This document shows positions 53,101-64,000 of a DNA stretch of 64,000 nucleotides, one piece after another. A program made the translations under genes and the position numbers. Origin of the DNA: Octopus sinensis (Eukaryota); assembly GCF_006345805.1 (NCBI RefSeq), contig NC_043006.1, positions 30,194,001 to 30,258,000 of the forward strand. The letters run 5' to 3'. Each line of letters starts with the position of its first letter. Position 1 is the stretch's first letter. The notes under the pieces were generated by a model. The model was not told the origin of the DNA. It saw nothing but the letters and a program-made list of their open reading frames with translations, and searched no databases.

Positions 53101-53719
53101 TTATGCTCATTCACCATCTGCCCATAATCGTATTGGTGGGGGTGGGGGGCTCATCTGTAATAGACCAAGATGATGTATAATTGATGTTCTGTAATTTTAA
53201 ATCATGTATGTAGCCAGTTAGTGCCAACAACTTTTTGTATTTTAGCTTACTAAAAGAATTTCAATGGGTTCTATATCATCTCTTAAAATCTGTGGTGCTT
53301 CCTATACTCTAGTTTGATGCTTGTTATTTGCCACACTGTTTTTACATAAACCAAATCCAGTGAGCAGACATAATTTGGGGACCCTACAATTACAAGTTTT
53401 TGCATTCGTATCTGTAATTTTACTCAGATTTATTAAGGTTGATTTGGGTTAGCCTAAGTTTAGTTGGGATTGATAGACTTACTTTATTTGGTTTATTAAT
53501 ATTATTTGAACTTATACAGGGTACCTTATGGTGATCTAAGCTTTTAGTCATTTGAAGTTGAAGTTTATTTCTATTTGTGGATGCAATAATTGATTCCAAA
53601 TTAGGTATGGTAGAGTAGACTGAGCAGCTCAAGAACACAATGCATCGCCCAGTCCAGGAATCAAAACCACAATCTTACAATCATAAGTCCAACACTCTAA
53701 CCACTAAGCCATGCACCGC

Positions 53720-53722
53720 TAC

Positions 53723-53777
<55 letters not shown>
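53720..53777. repeat. (GA)n microsatellite
   Basis: Directly visible. Confidence 0.95.
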
Positions 53778-53781
<4 letters not shown>

Positions 53782-54095
53782 AGAAAGAGAGAATGCAACA
53801 TGAACTGATGAGAGAATGTGAGACATGGATTGAGTTAGCATGAATTCTCTGACAGACATAAAATCTTCCACTATTAATAGTTCTTCAGTAGAAGAAATCA
53901 GCTCCGGGATTTGATTTGAATATGTTGCATCAAAAGTTAATTTAAGCCATGATTAGTGGAAAACAACTAATGAGACATGAAGGAGGAAAAAAACATTCAT
54001 TCAATCAGTTTCAAGTTGAAAACACAATCATGGTTTTGAACCATTCCTAAAAACAAAAAACACTTGGGTTGAATTAATAACATTATTATAATCTA

Positions 54096-54127
<32 letters not shown>

Positions 54128-54135
54128 GACACATA

Positions 54136-54420
54136 AATATACAGTGTATGTTTAAACACATGAGGCATCCATCATAGGACTCCTTACATGCTAGAGAGAA
54201 CAGTTAAATTCCAAACCACTATTAGGGATAAAATTTCAAAGGGAATGAAAAATAAAAACATTTATTTTATTTGCTAAAAAAAGTCTGAAACCATTGGTCC
54301 AGGAGTTAGATGGTAAATGTTTTTATTTTCATTCCCTTCGAAATTTTATCCTAATATCTCTAGCATGCCAGGAGTCCTATGAAGGATGCCTCTTATGTGT
54401 TTAAATATACACTATATATA
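54136..54420. mobile_element. Foldback element with imperfect about 105-bp arms
   Basis: gtttaaacacatgaggcatcc..cataggactcc..catgctagaga and attagggataaaatttc.aagggaatgaaaa are mirrored at about 54315-54415. Confidence 0.75.
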
Positions 54421-54434
54421 TATATATAATATAT

Positions 54435-54483
<49 letters not shown>

Positions 54484-55431
54484 GTCTATTGACTAAATTT
54501 TTACATGCTAGGCTACTGGTAATAGAAATTTCTAATATTTCTGATTACCCTTTGATATTATTAATTATCTAGACACATATATAGTTTAGTCACCGGGTTC
54601 ATTAGAATCTAGATGCATCAGCACACAGGATACCAGGACCAGCCAGGTACCATAGCATTGAGTTCACAGTAAGGTAAAAAACAACCATGAAGCGTCATGT
54701 GTTTGGTAGTGTGCTGCAGGTATGTAGAACCGAATCCAAAATAGACCATAGATATAACTCAGGGTTGGTTCCAGGTGTAGTGCATGTTTAAAAATAAGAA
54801 CACAAATGGGGTTTAAATAAAAGCCCATTCGTGTTATTCTTTATACACACATACATTCCATTTATTCTGTTGTACTGAATTCTTGAGGTAAAACTATGTG
54901 TTTAAACAGATGTTGTACTAAAGTGCAACCACATCTATTTCAACAGTCATCATTTTCCAACAGGGTTATTTTTATTATTAAACTAGAACACATGCACTGA
55001 ATCTATATTATTTACTTTATTATTAGCATTCAGTTAATCTGAATATTGCTGGCCATTGTCAGCAGCAACGCATTTGCAATCATGTCTACGAGACATCACT
55101 AAACACACCATGTATTCTTGGGAGTACAAACCATTACTCCCTCCCACCCATCTTCTGCTGCTCACCACCACCATCTTTTTCTTTGTTTCTTTGGTGAGGT
55201 AGGTGTGGGTTTTTATCTCAATAATTTGGTCTTTTATACTTTTAATGTTTTTTCTTTCTTTTCTGCCAGTAAAAATATGTTAATAAAATAAAGTACCATT
55301 CAAAAATAAAAAAAAAGAGAAACAAAAACAAATAATTAAATAAATAATCATTCCATTGATCACTTGCTTGATCAATCAGGAATTTAGTTTGTCCAAGTCC
55401 TGTTGTCTCAAGCTAAGAACTAATAGATGAC

Positions 55432-55850
55432 TTGCGCTCACCTTCTCTTCTATTAGTAAACTACTACAAAGGCAAAGGAGATGTCTTAAACAGAAGCAGC
55501 TATGGAGGAATCAAACTGCTAGACCAGGTTACGAAGGTCAAAGCACAATTGATCCAGGACAAAATAGAGTTAGATGCAATTTGGCTTTGTGTTTGGAAGA
55601 GGCACCACAGATGCTATGTAACCAGTGAGGCAAGTGCTGGAGAAATACTTGGCTTGGAAGAAACAACTATTTCTAGCTGTCATTGATTTGGAGACAGTAT
55701 TTGAAAGGGTACCTCATTCAGTAATTTGGTGGTCAGTGAGGAATCTAGGTGCAGATGAATGAATTGTAAGGATGGTACAAGCTTTGGATAAAGATGCAGT
55801 AAGCAAAGTGAGTTAATGATTTCAGTGATGAATTTAGTGTGAAGGTAAGG
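55432..55850 (+). pseudogene. RTE reverse-transcriptase fragment
   Basis: YKGKGDVLNRSSYGGIKLLDQVTKV, then a DLETVFERVPH-like segment. Confidence 0.6.
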
Positions 55851-56320
55851 GTCCATGTGTGTGTGTGTGCATGTGTTTGTAAATATTTATGTGTGTATGT
55901 TATTGTTTATACATGTGTGTGAATATTTTGGAAAACAGCTAATTTACATTTGACAGATATTTGTCCTCATCTTATTTGTTGTTAATACAATGTTTTGGCT
56001 GATATACCCTCCACCCATCACCAGGTCTCTTGGGAAACTTTCGAACCTGGGTTCTCATTCCTAAGGTATTTTTCGATGTTATTATTATTGTTGTTGTTAT
56101 TATTCAGGTCACTGCCTGGAATCAAACTTGGAATCTTGGGGTTAGTAGCCTGCACTCTTAACCACTACACCATATGCTTTTGTCATGCTAGTATTTAAGT
56201 CTGCGTGCATAAACATGTTTGATGTATGGATGTGTGAGTAACTCAGTAAATTTTCACAGACTTCTCCACACAATTTTTGTTTATATGTCTAGATGTGCAT
56301 GAATTATTATGAATGCTTAT

Positions 56321-56364
<44 letters not shown>

Positions 56365-56432
56365 ACACAGACTGAATCTGACGTAAACTCTCAGTCTAAA
56401 AGAAATAAACATGATTCATGATGACATCTTAC

Positions 56433-56651
56433 CATTAAACTCCCACAATATGCAATGCCTTTATTTCCGCCACCTTCAAACACCAAATTCTCAAAGGGAT
56501 AATCGTAGTGTATTAGGGTTCCAAGTTGTACTTCACCCGAATCAGGGACATCACTTCGGTCCACAAACTGTATCCTTTCCTGCTGGAGGGTCTCATTATA
56601 TTCAGATTTAAACCACCTGGAATGGGAACCACACTTCACAGTATTTCCCAT
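56433..56651 (-). CDS. Patatin/EF-hand phospholipase, coding exon 1 (aa 1-73, MGNTVKC...FENLVFEGGGNKGIAYCGSLM)
   Basis: Contains the patatin oxyanion loop LVFEGGGNKG. Acceptor tttcag lies 4 nt before the ATG (exon starts 56655, so a 5' UTR exon lies upstream). Donor ATG|GTAAGA, phase 0. Confidence 0.9.
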
Positions 56652-59217
56652 ATTTCTGAAACAAAAATGTAAATGTAAACATTTAGTTTAATTGTTTGGA
56701 TGGTAATAATTTTAGCTGACTCTATACTATTGGAATGTAGGATTCCCAGATAATGAGGAAAACCTGCATGTTTTCTTCAGCAATGTCACTTATTGTTTAT
56801 GTTTTAGTTTTCTAAACTATGTCTAGCTAAACATTAACATTAAGTTTAGTAAAGACAACATGGCAATTCATTAAAACTCCATATATTTCCTAACTTCTAT
56901 AGTGCTACTGATGAAGGGCATCCAGCCATAGGAACCATACCAGGACAGACAATTGAAGCCTGGTGCAGTTCTCAGCTGACCAGCTCCTGTCAAACTGTCC
57001 AACCCATGTCAGTATGGAAAACAGACATTAATGATGATGATGAGGAGGATGACGACGACTTCTAAGTTGTATATTAGCATCTGTACCTTTCTGCCAGTCA
57101 CACTAGTTGTCATATTGTCAGTACAAAAGCAGGTTATTCTCAATCACAGAGGAATCTGGAGGATTTCAACATAAAATGTTTCCCATGGAAAGAGAGATGA
57201 GGATGATACAATAAAGAATTATGACAAGAATCATATTCATTAATGAAAACAATTTAATTATGGTAAAAGAGCAGCAACAATAAGATTCTTTCTATCTGTG
57301 TGTCACTAATGTAATTTGATTATGTTGATGTTGATTGGAGGAACACAAATTCAGCTGAGCTTTTAATTCAAAACTATTTTTATTGTTTCCAACTTTATAT
57401 TGTCACTTCTATAAGACCGGAATGGGAGTGGTTTGTCTGGTGACTTGACAGTAAGAGTTCATTGGAATGATTCGGTTGATTCTTGCACCTTGGTAGTTGA
57501 GTTGTGTCACTGGGGTCACTGTTACTTTGGTCATCATTATAATTCATTTTGGCAGCCACAGACACTGTTCCAGTCTACTCTGTTAGTAGCTAAAACACAT
57601 TAATTATGTAGCTGAAGTCCTTATCAGAAACAGCACACCAGAGGGAAAATGCTTAACTAGATCCTGTTTGTCACAAGTGTCTTAGTGACACCATCAATAA
57701 CTGAGCAAACCACATTTGTATTGTTTTTTCATCAGATACAGTGATCTAGGTTCAATTTCTATGTGTTTTGAGACTGCTAAATATTTCTGCTATAGAATTG
57801 TGAGATTATAATAGATCTTGAGCCAACAGTATTTAAATATAGACGGAAATATTAAAATCGTCAAAATATAATTGTTTGTATATTAAACAATTATTCATTC
57901 ATATCTGTTCACCTCGCAAGGTTTAGAGCATTGTCCAGATTAGGTTGTTATTAACTGGTCCTCTGGCTAAGTTTAATTAAAGTTTACAAGAATTATACTA
58001 GGTCACTACTGACCCAACGAAGATGTTCAGAGAGATAAACAGTTAAAATGTCTTTCTGATAAATCAAACACTATCCTGTCTATTTGTGTCTGCATATAAC
58101 AAAATGATGTCTAGTATTTGCAACAAGATCAACAATTTTGAGTGGTGGAGAATAGATGAGACCATCGTCCCCATGACTTAACTGGCTATTTATTTTACTG
58201 ACCCTGACAAAATGAAAATCAAAGTTCACTTTGGTGAGATTTGAACTCAGAACATACAGAGCTGCATAAAATGCTACTAAGCATTTTTTCCTAGCTGTGT
58301 TTTGGGAGGGTCATTATGCCAATGATAATAAACACATGCACTGGGTCAATATCACTTCTTTATTATTAAATATCTAACCAACCAACTAGTCAATCCTTTG
58401 TTTGATGTGTTGGTTAAACAATCAATTGGTCAGTTGTTTGTGAGAGTCCTTTCATTGCTATTCACAACCTTTTCAATGGAATGCTCTCTCTCTTCAAAGT
58501 CTGCCAGCTTGCCACCACCCTGGGTTTGCTTAGAAATATAATATTAGTCACAATGTGTGAGGTTGGTGGAGTTAAAAGGCATAAAAGAAATCAGATCTGT
58601 GAGTGTCAAAATATATATGTCCATTTGACAAGTTTAATCACACACATGCATGTGTGTAAATAAGCTCTAAGTCCTTATATCAAAACTTGATATTGTAGTA
58701 AAGATTCCTGGAGGGAGTAGTCTAGCACTTAACTGTGGCTGTTGCTTATTATCAGTGTCTCGACAGGGGCACGGCTGATCTATGAACCAAATAAAAGAGT
58801 GTTAAATAATCTTAATTAAACCCACAACAGCAACAACAGAAACTTGTTTCCATGCAGGAAACAATAAAAGCAAACCCATTGTAAGCTGTGCTTCATATCT
58901 TCTGGCTGGGAAGAGGGCAGTGAACTTTCAGGGGATTGAATGTCCTGACTTCCTGTTGCAGAGGGTGTATACTGCATTTCCAAAAGTATTGATCTACTTA
59001 CTAGATACTGCAGCACTGTAATGGTGTACTTCACTTATGGCTGAAATATTCTTCAAACTGGTCGAACAGAAATAGCTTTCTGGTGATGTGTATTGATATT
59101 CATTAATTATTCAATGAAGCACTTTTATTTGAAAGCAGTCACCAGTATCAGCAGCAGCAGCAGCATTTGTCTTTCTGTGATGTTTTAGGTTTGACAGCTT
59201 TGAAATAAATTCTTTAA

Positions 59218-59429
59218 GCCTTTAAGCATTCAGTTCATTCCTCCATCAAATGTTCTGCTTATTTATTCAAATTGTTTTAGATTAATTATGCATCAACTCA
59301 TAGCTTTAAGATTTAAATGATGGATTGTTTATTTCTAGAATAACATTGTTAGGTACGTATGCGGGGTCAGATCTGGCTAGTTTTGACCATAAAACAGGGA
59401 GAATATTTGGGCTGGATATGGCTAAAGGG
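59218..59429. mobile_element. piggyBac-type MITE (second family)
   Basis: TTAA on both sides (59214-17, 59430-33). Ends GCCTTTAAGCATT / GCTAAAGGG. Confidence 0.65.
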
Positions 59430-59899
59430 TTAAGCCATTTGATCCTGTGTCAGTTTATTTACAAGGGAGGGTAAGGTCTTGGATCCCAATGTTTTCATAT
59501 ACACTTCTCTTTGGTCCACATCCAGAAACAATATTTTCCCTCCAGCTTTTGTATCATTCATTTGCATTCGACATGAATTTTCGTGTAGTTGTTTCTCATG
59601 CAGGCTTCGGTTGATGTTTCAAGGCCTGAGTTGCATTATCAGTCTGTTTGTGCTTAGCTTTTCGTTGAAGTTGGACAACCAACCAAGTGGCCTCTTGTTC
59701 ATCATGCCTTGTCACTCCCCTGGTGTTGTATCCCCTACCAAATCATTCAGCTCCCAACCAGGAAGCCCATGGAGGTTAAATTAGGGAACATGAAAAGTAT
59801 AATTCATTGATACATCCAGGAGCAGCAGTTAAAGAAAGTTGGTCACTTCAACTCCTACTGCAATGAACCAACACATCCTGTACACAGAAGGTTTTTCTC

Positions 59900-60010
59900 A
59901 TTTACTTGAAACAAGACACTCAGCTGAAGGTCTCACTTGCTCTTATCTATTCATTTCAGATCTTATCTATTTACTGCCCATGTGTCAAGCAAATATAACT
60001 CCAGATAACT
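59900..60010 (+). pseudogene. Possible Penelope GIY-YIG remnant
   Basis: LTCS...LIYL plus frameshifted YCPCVKQI resemble TCxSxNxIYxxxCPCxKxYIG. Confidence 0.3.
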
Positions 60011-60839
60011 TAATTCATATGATTCATTTAGTCTCAAGAAACAGAAACTCTTTGGTTTTAAACTGAAAAACAATAATCATAAACTGGCACATACAGCAAG
60101 CACATTAAAGAGTAACACGACATATCCTGTTGCTATTAGGTATTCAGAAAAGGAAACAGACGAAAAGTCACTGAGCAAAAGGAATGGGGCAACTTTTTGA
60201 AGAAGGTTTTTATCTCTCTTCTATAAAATGCAATGAAAATGAACCTAGGAACTTGTCTGAAAAACCTTCTCTAGTCAGACAAAGCATGTTTATTTGCTTT
60301 TTATGTCTTTTGTTTGTCTTTTATTTGAAGGTAGAAACCTTTTGGTGTTAATCAGGTCAATTCTGATTAAGTATATGGATGAGCAAGGGCATTCCAACCT
60401 CGACCATTTCATTTTTGTAAACAAGTATGTCAAGGTGCTATTTCAAAGAAATTTCATAGCTATTTCTAGCAAGTCAATTAATCTAGGAGGTGTTACCAAG
60501 AATAGAAAGACAAAGTGAAAAGAATTCTAAGTGCTATAGTAACAAAACAGAACAATGTCCAGAGACAATATTCTTACAAACTCAGTATCTATACCATGTG
60601 TAAGTGTTGCTAGCATCAGCTTTTGTTTCCATCTCTGAATTAGAATTAGAATATAGAAGAACAAAGGACAAAAGACTTGTACAATAGAAGTGGAAGTAAT
60701 GAAATAATATTGATTCAATCACTTATGGTGTTCTCCTACAGTAAAAATTAGTATTTTATCTAATGAATACAAAAATCAATACTAATAAATATCTTGTCTT
60801 AAAGTCTACTATGTATCCTGAGTATTTACTCATACTATG

Positions 60840-60876
<37 letters not shown>

Positions 60877-61998
60877 TGACATTTAAATTTGAGCTACTAT
60901 AAGTTTAATGCTATCAAAACAATAATCTGACAAACTTGTATAACATGCCATGAGTTTCTATACAACACAGCATGTGGAGAAGAAGAAAGCCATATCTGGG
61001 TCCTGAAGGCTAACTACACACCACACACCATCAACTGGAGCATTGTGGAATGATCTGTGCCATACATTATTGATTCAATGAGATGCATGCTTTGTTTAGC
61101 CGAAATATCTCATAGCTGTTTTAGATCTAAGAGCCTCTACTGACCTACTAAATTCCAGATCTGAAATTTATATTAAATGTAAGCCACTGGACAAATTTCT
61201 TTTATTGAACTGGAAAACATCACCCTCTCTGAATTAAGCGTGCAGTCTTACAAACTGACTTTCTCCCCATTGAATTAATTTACACCAACCAAATTCTGAT
61301 TCAAATAGTCAAAGAGACACAGCTCTTAATTTTCTTTTTTTCTGTTTTCTCAGTCTGCTTTTTCTTTTACTTTCAACTCATTTTTTCTCAAAGACCAGCA
61401 TTGTTTCTAATAAAAAAAAAAACCTAGCTATGTTGCATATTTGAGTTATTGATATAAACCTGTGAGATCATCATGTTTTCATAGCATGAAACTAATAGTA
61501 GCTCAAATCTAAATCTAGTATATATTAAATGATATTTATCTCCTACTAGGCATGTGGTTACAGTGTTGCACTCACAATTGCCAGATCATGGGTTTGATTC
61601 TGGGAACAGGTGGCATATTGTGTTCTTGAGCAAAACACTTCATTTTCACATTGCTTTAGTGCTGTGTAGGGAGCAGCATGTCAAAGAATAGACCGAATGT
61701 TCCCTCTGCATGTCATAAGAAGTTACTAAAAGTGGTCGAAGTAGGAGTTGCACTCTGACCTCGTAAAACTTCCACCAGCAATGACGACTCAAACAGACCC
61801 ATGTAATGGAGGGTTGTCACCTCAGTGGTGCAAAGGAGTCATCTGACAGGGGTAGGGAACCACCAACAAATGGTGGATGCAGAACTGTGCTGTTACAGTG
61901 CATACCCCTATACTACTATTAATACTACTATCTTTTACTCGATATAGTTCTTTTTTGTTGATTCACCAATAATGGAACAGTACATTATACATACACAC

Positions 61999-62062
<64 letters not shown>

Positions 62063-62704
62063 TATATATATGTACATCATTTAACATCTGTTTTCCATGT
62101 TGACATGGGTTGGATGGTTTGACAGGAGCTGCACCATGCTCCACTCGTCTGTTTTTGTCATGGTTTCTATGGCTGGATGCTCTTCCTAATGCCAACCACT
62201 TTACAGAGTGTACTGGGTGCTTTTTAGGGGGCACCAGCACAGGTGCTTTCTACATGGCACTTTTATGGGTGCTTTTTATGTAACTCTGGCATGTGTGTGT
62301 GTGTATTTGCAAAAGCCTTCCCCTCAACATGTCTTCTAATTCAAACATGAAGTCCTTTAATAACTCTGAAGGTATTTCTATATGCTACTGCACAATGAAT
62401 AAATTATTCCACCTCAATTGGTTGAATCACACATAATAAGAGACATCTTGCATACAGTTGAGTGTCACAGTGATGCACACAAAGAGGAAGTTCTTCAAAC
62501 TTTCAAAGACAGAATTTTACTAACATGCAAAATGTTACGCCTTACAATAAACCTTGATAAAGCTTATTCTTTATCGACCTGGCCTCGGAAGCTTTGTATG
62601 CATATCTTCTTTCAAATATGTTGGCAGCATACAAAAAAAAAAAAGGTGGGGTACAAATCTTCATTAGAGTCGCAATGAGCTCTACAAAATTGAACTAAAC
62701 TAGC

Positions 62705-63095
62705 TTGTGGCTGTGTACTAAGAAGTTAGCTTCCCAACCACATTGTCCTGGGTTCAGTCCCACTGCATAGCACCTTGGGGAAGTGTCTTCTACTATAGCC
62801 TTAGGCTGACCACAACCTTGTGAGTGGATTTGGTAGACAGAAACTGATAGAAGCTTGTTGCATATGTGTGTGTGTGTGTGTGTCTTTGTATCTATGTTTG
62901 CTCCCACCACTGATTGACAACTGATGTTAGTGTGTTTATGTCCCCATAACTTAATGGTTTGGCAAAAGAGACAAATAGAATAAGTACTGGCTTAAAAAAA
63001 AAAGAAAAAATGTATTGGGGTTGATTCATTCAACTATAAATTCTTCATGGTGGTGCCCCAGCATGGCCACAGTCTAATGACTGAAAAAAGTAAAT
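62705..63095 (+). mobile_element. tRNA-derived SINE (31948-32426 family)
   Basis: B box gggttcagtccc, block ccttggggaagtgtcttc, tail ccagcatggccacagtc...tgactgaaaaaagtaaa. Confidence 0.8.
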
Positions 63096-63795
63096 ATTTT
63101 CTATAAAATATCTTCAAAGCATGCATTTTGTTAGTTTTGTTGTTTGACTGTAAAGCATTGATATTATAATGAGACTGTTAATCGATTGGAACATTTTCAG
63201 CAAAAAGTGTCTTTGGAAAATTGTGAATATTGGCTGATAAAAAAACAACAGTTTTATCAAGTGTATGTGAAGGATGTTTGTTAGAGGAGGGAGTGGGGTT
63301 GCTTTTCATAATTTGACAGAGAAAGGAAAAGAGCAAAAAAGTGCAGATGTGTAATTCTTGAGTAGGATGTGAAATAACGAGAGTGAAAGAGCAGATTAAG
63401 TAAACTGAAGGGAGAAATTTAAGCAGTCAGGAAGTAGGCAGACTTTAGAAAGATGACAATCTCCTGTTCTCTTTGAGAGCAAGAGGCAGGAAATCTGGTA
63501 TTGGAGATTGAGCCAAAGATTGAGAGGTGGTTAGAGTGCAAATCTATCAAAGAATAAGTGACCAGCTTGCTTAAAGTAAATGAAAACTCAGTGGAAACAC
63601 TGAAATTCATAGATAAGATTGCAAGTAATGCGATAGAATAAATCCCTAATGTGGAAGGTACAGCAGTTGGATCCAATGAGGGTGGTGGTCGTGATGTTGG
63701 GAAAGAAACAGTAGGTGTGGCAATAACAACAGGATTAAGGAATAGAAGGTGAGGGCTGTGGATGTAGAGACGGTAGAAGTTGTAGGCATGATTAA

Positions 63796-64000
63796 CCCTT
63801 TCAATAGCAACCCAGCTGAAACCGCCTCTGGCTCTGTAATACAAATGTTTTGTTTTCATAAGTTTTGAATTAAAATCTTTCACCAAACTTTAGTCATGAT
63901 CCCTAGCTTAATGATAACTAAGTTATTTTACTAAATTCTTTGTTATATTTAAAATCAATTGAAAGAAACACAGAACATCTCAAAATAAATATGGTAACGA
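63796..64000. mobile_element. piggyBac-type MITE running off the window end
   Basis: TTAA|CCCTTT start. Reverse complement of 1140-1326. Confidence 0.7.

Noticed and set aside
53640-53712. tRNA-like A/B-box sequences (also 56108-56172 and SINE heads)
   Set aside because: No complete cloverleaf or acceptor stem. They continue into SINE body sequence.
59003-59040. Possible 38-nt 5' UTR exon (tttcag...GTAAGT on the minus strand)
   Set aside because: Splice-like motifs alone are insufficient; needs transcript evidence.
63419-63886. 155-aa minus-strand ORF
   Set aside because: It starts inside a MITE and runs into probably decayed LINE-like sequence, with no coherent domain.

Overview
AT-rich, microsatellite- and transposon-dense animal DNA. 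The repeat landscape (tRNA-derived SINEs, RTE and CR1-type LINEs, Penelope-like remnants, Helitrons, piggyBac-type MITEs, long TA/CA/CAT tracts) looks like a coleoid cephalopod, probably Octopus; this is inference, not a search result. One complete protein-coding gene could be assembled by hand on the minus strand from 12 coding exons between 56651 and 3747. All introns are GT-AG with consistent phases, and the CDS is 1620 nt (539 aa). It encodes a patatin-like phospholipase (GGGNKG, GASAG Ser91, DGG Asp233) that resembles the bacterial ExoU/VipD-like group, with an N-terminal MGN..C acylation-type motif and an EF-hand module inserted inside the patatin fold. The introns hold two CR1-type LINE copies, an RTE body and many RTE 3' ends, a Chapaev3-like transposon with TIRs and TSD, several Helitron derivatives, MITEs, foldback elements and several minimal hammerhead-ribozyme-like motifs. 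Two patches of a CA-rich satellite look A-to-G hyper-substituted, which is either a fossil of ADAR hyper-editing or a base-calling artefact. Most long ORFs in the supplied track are translations of microsatellites.
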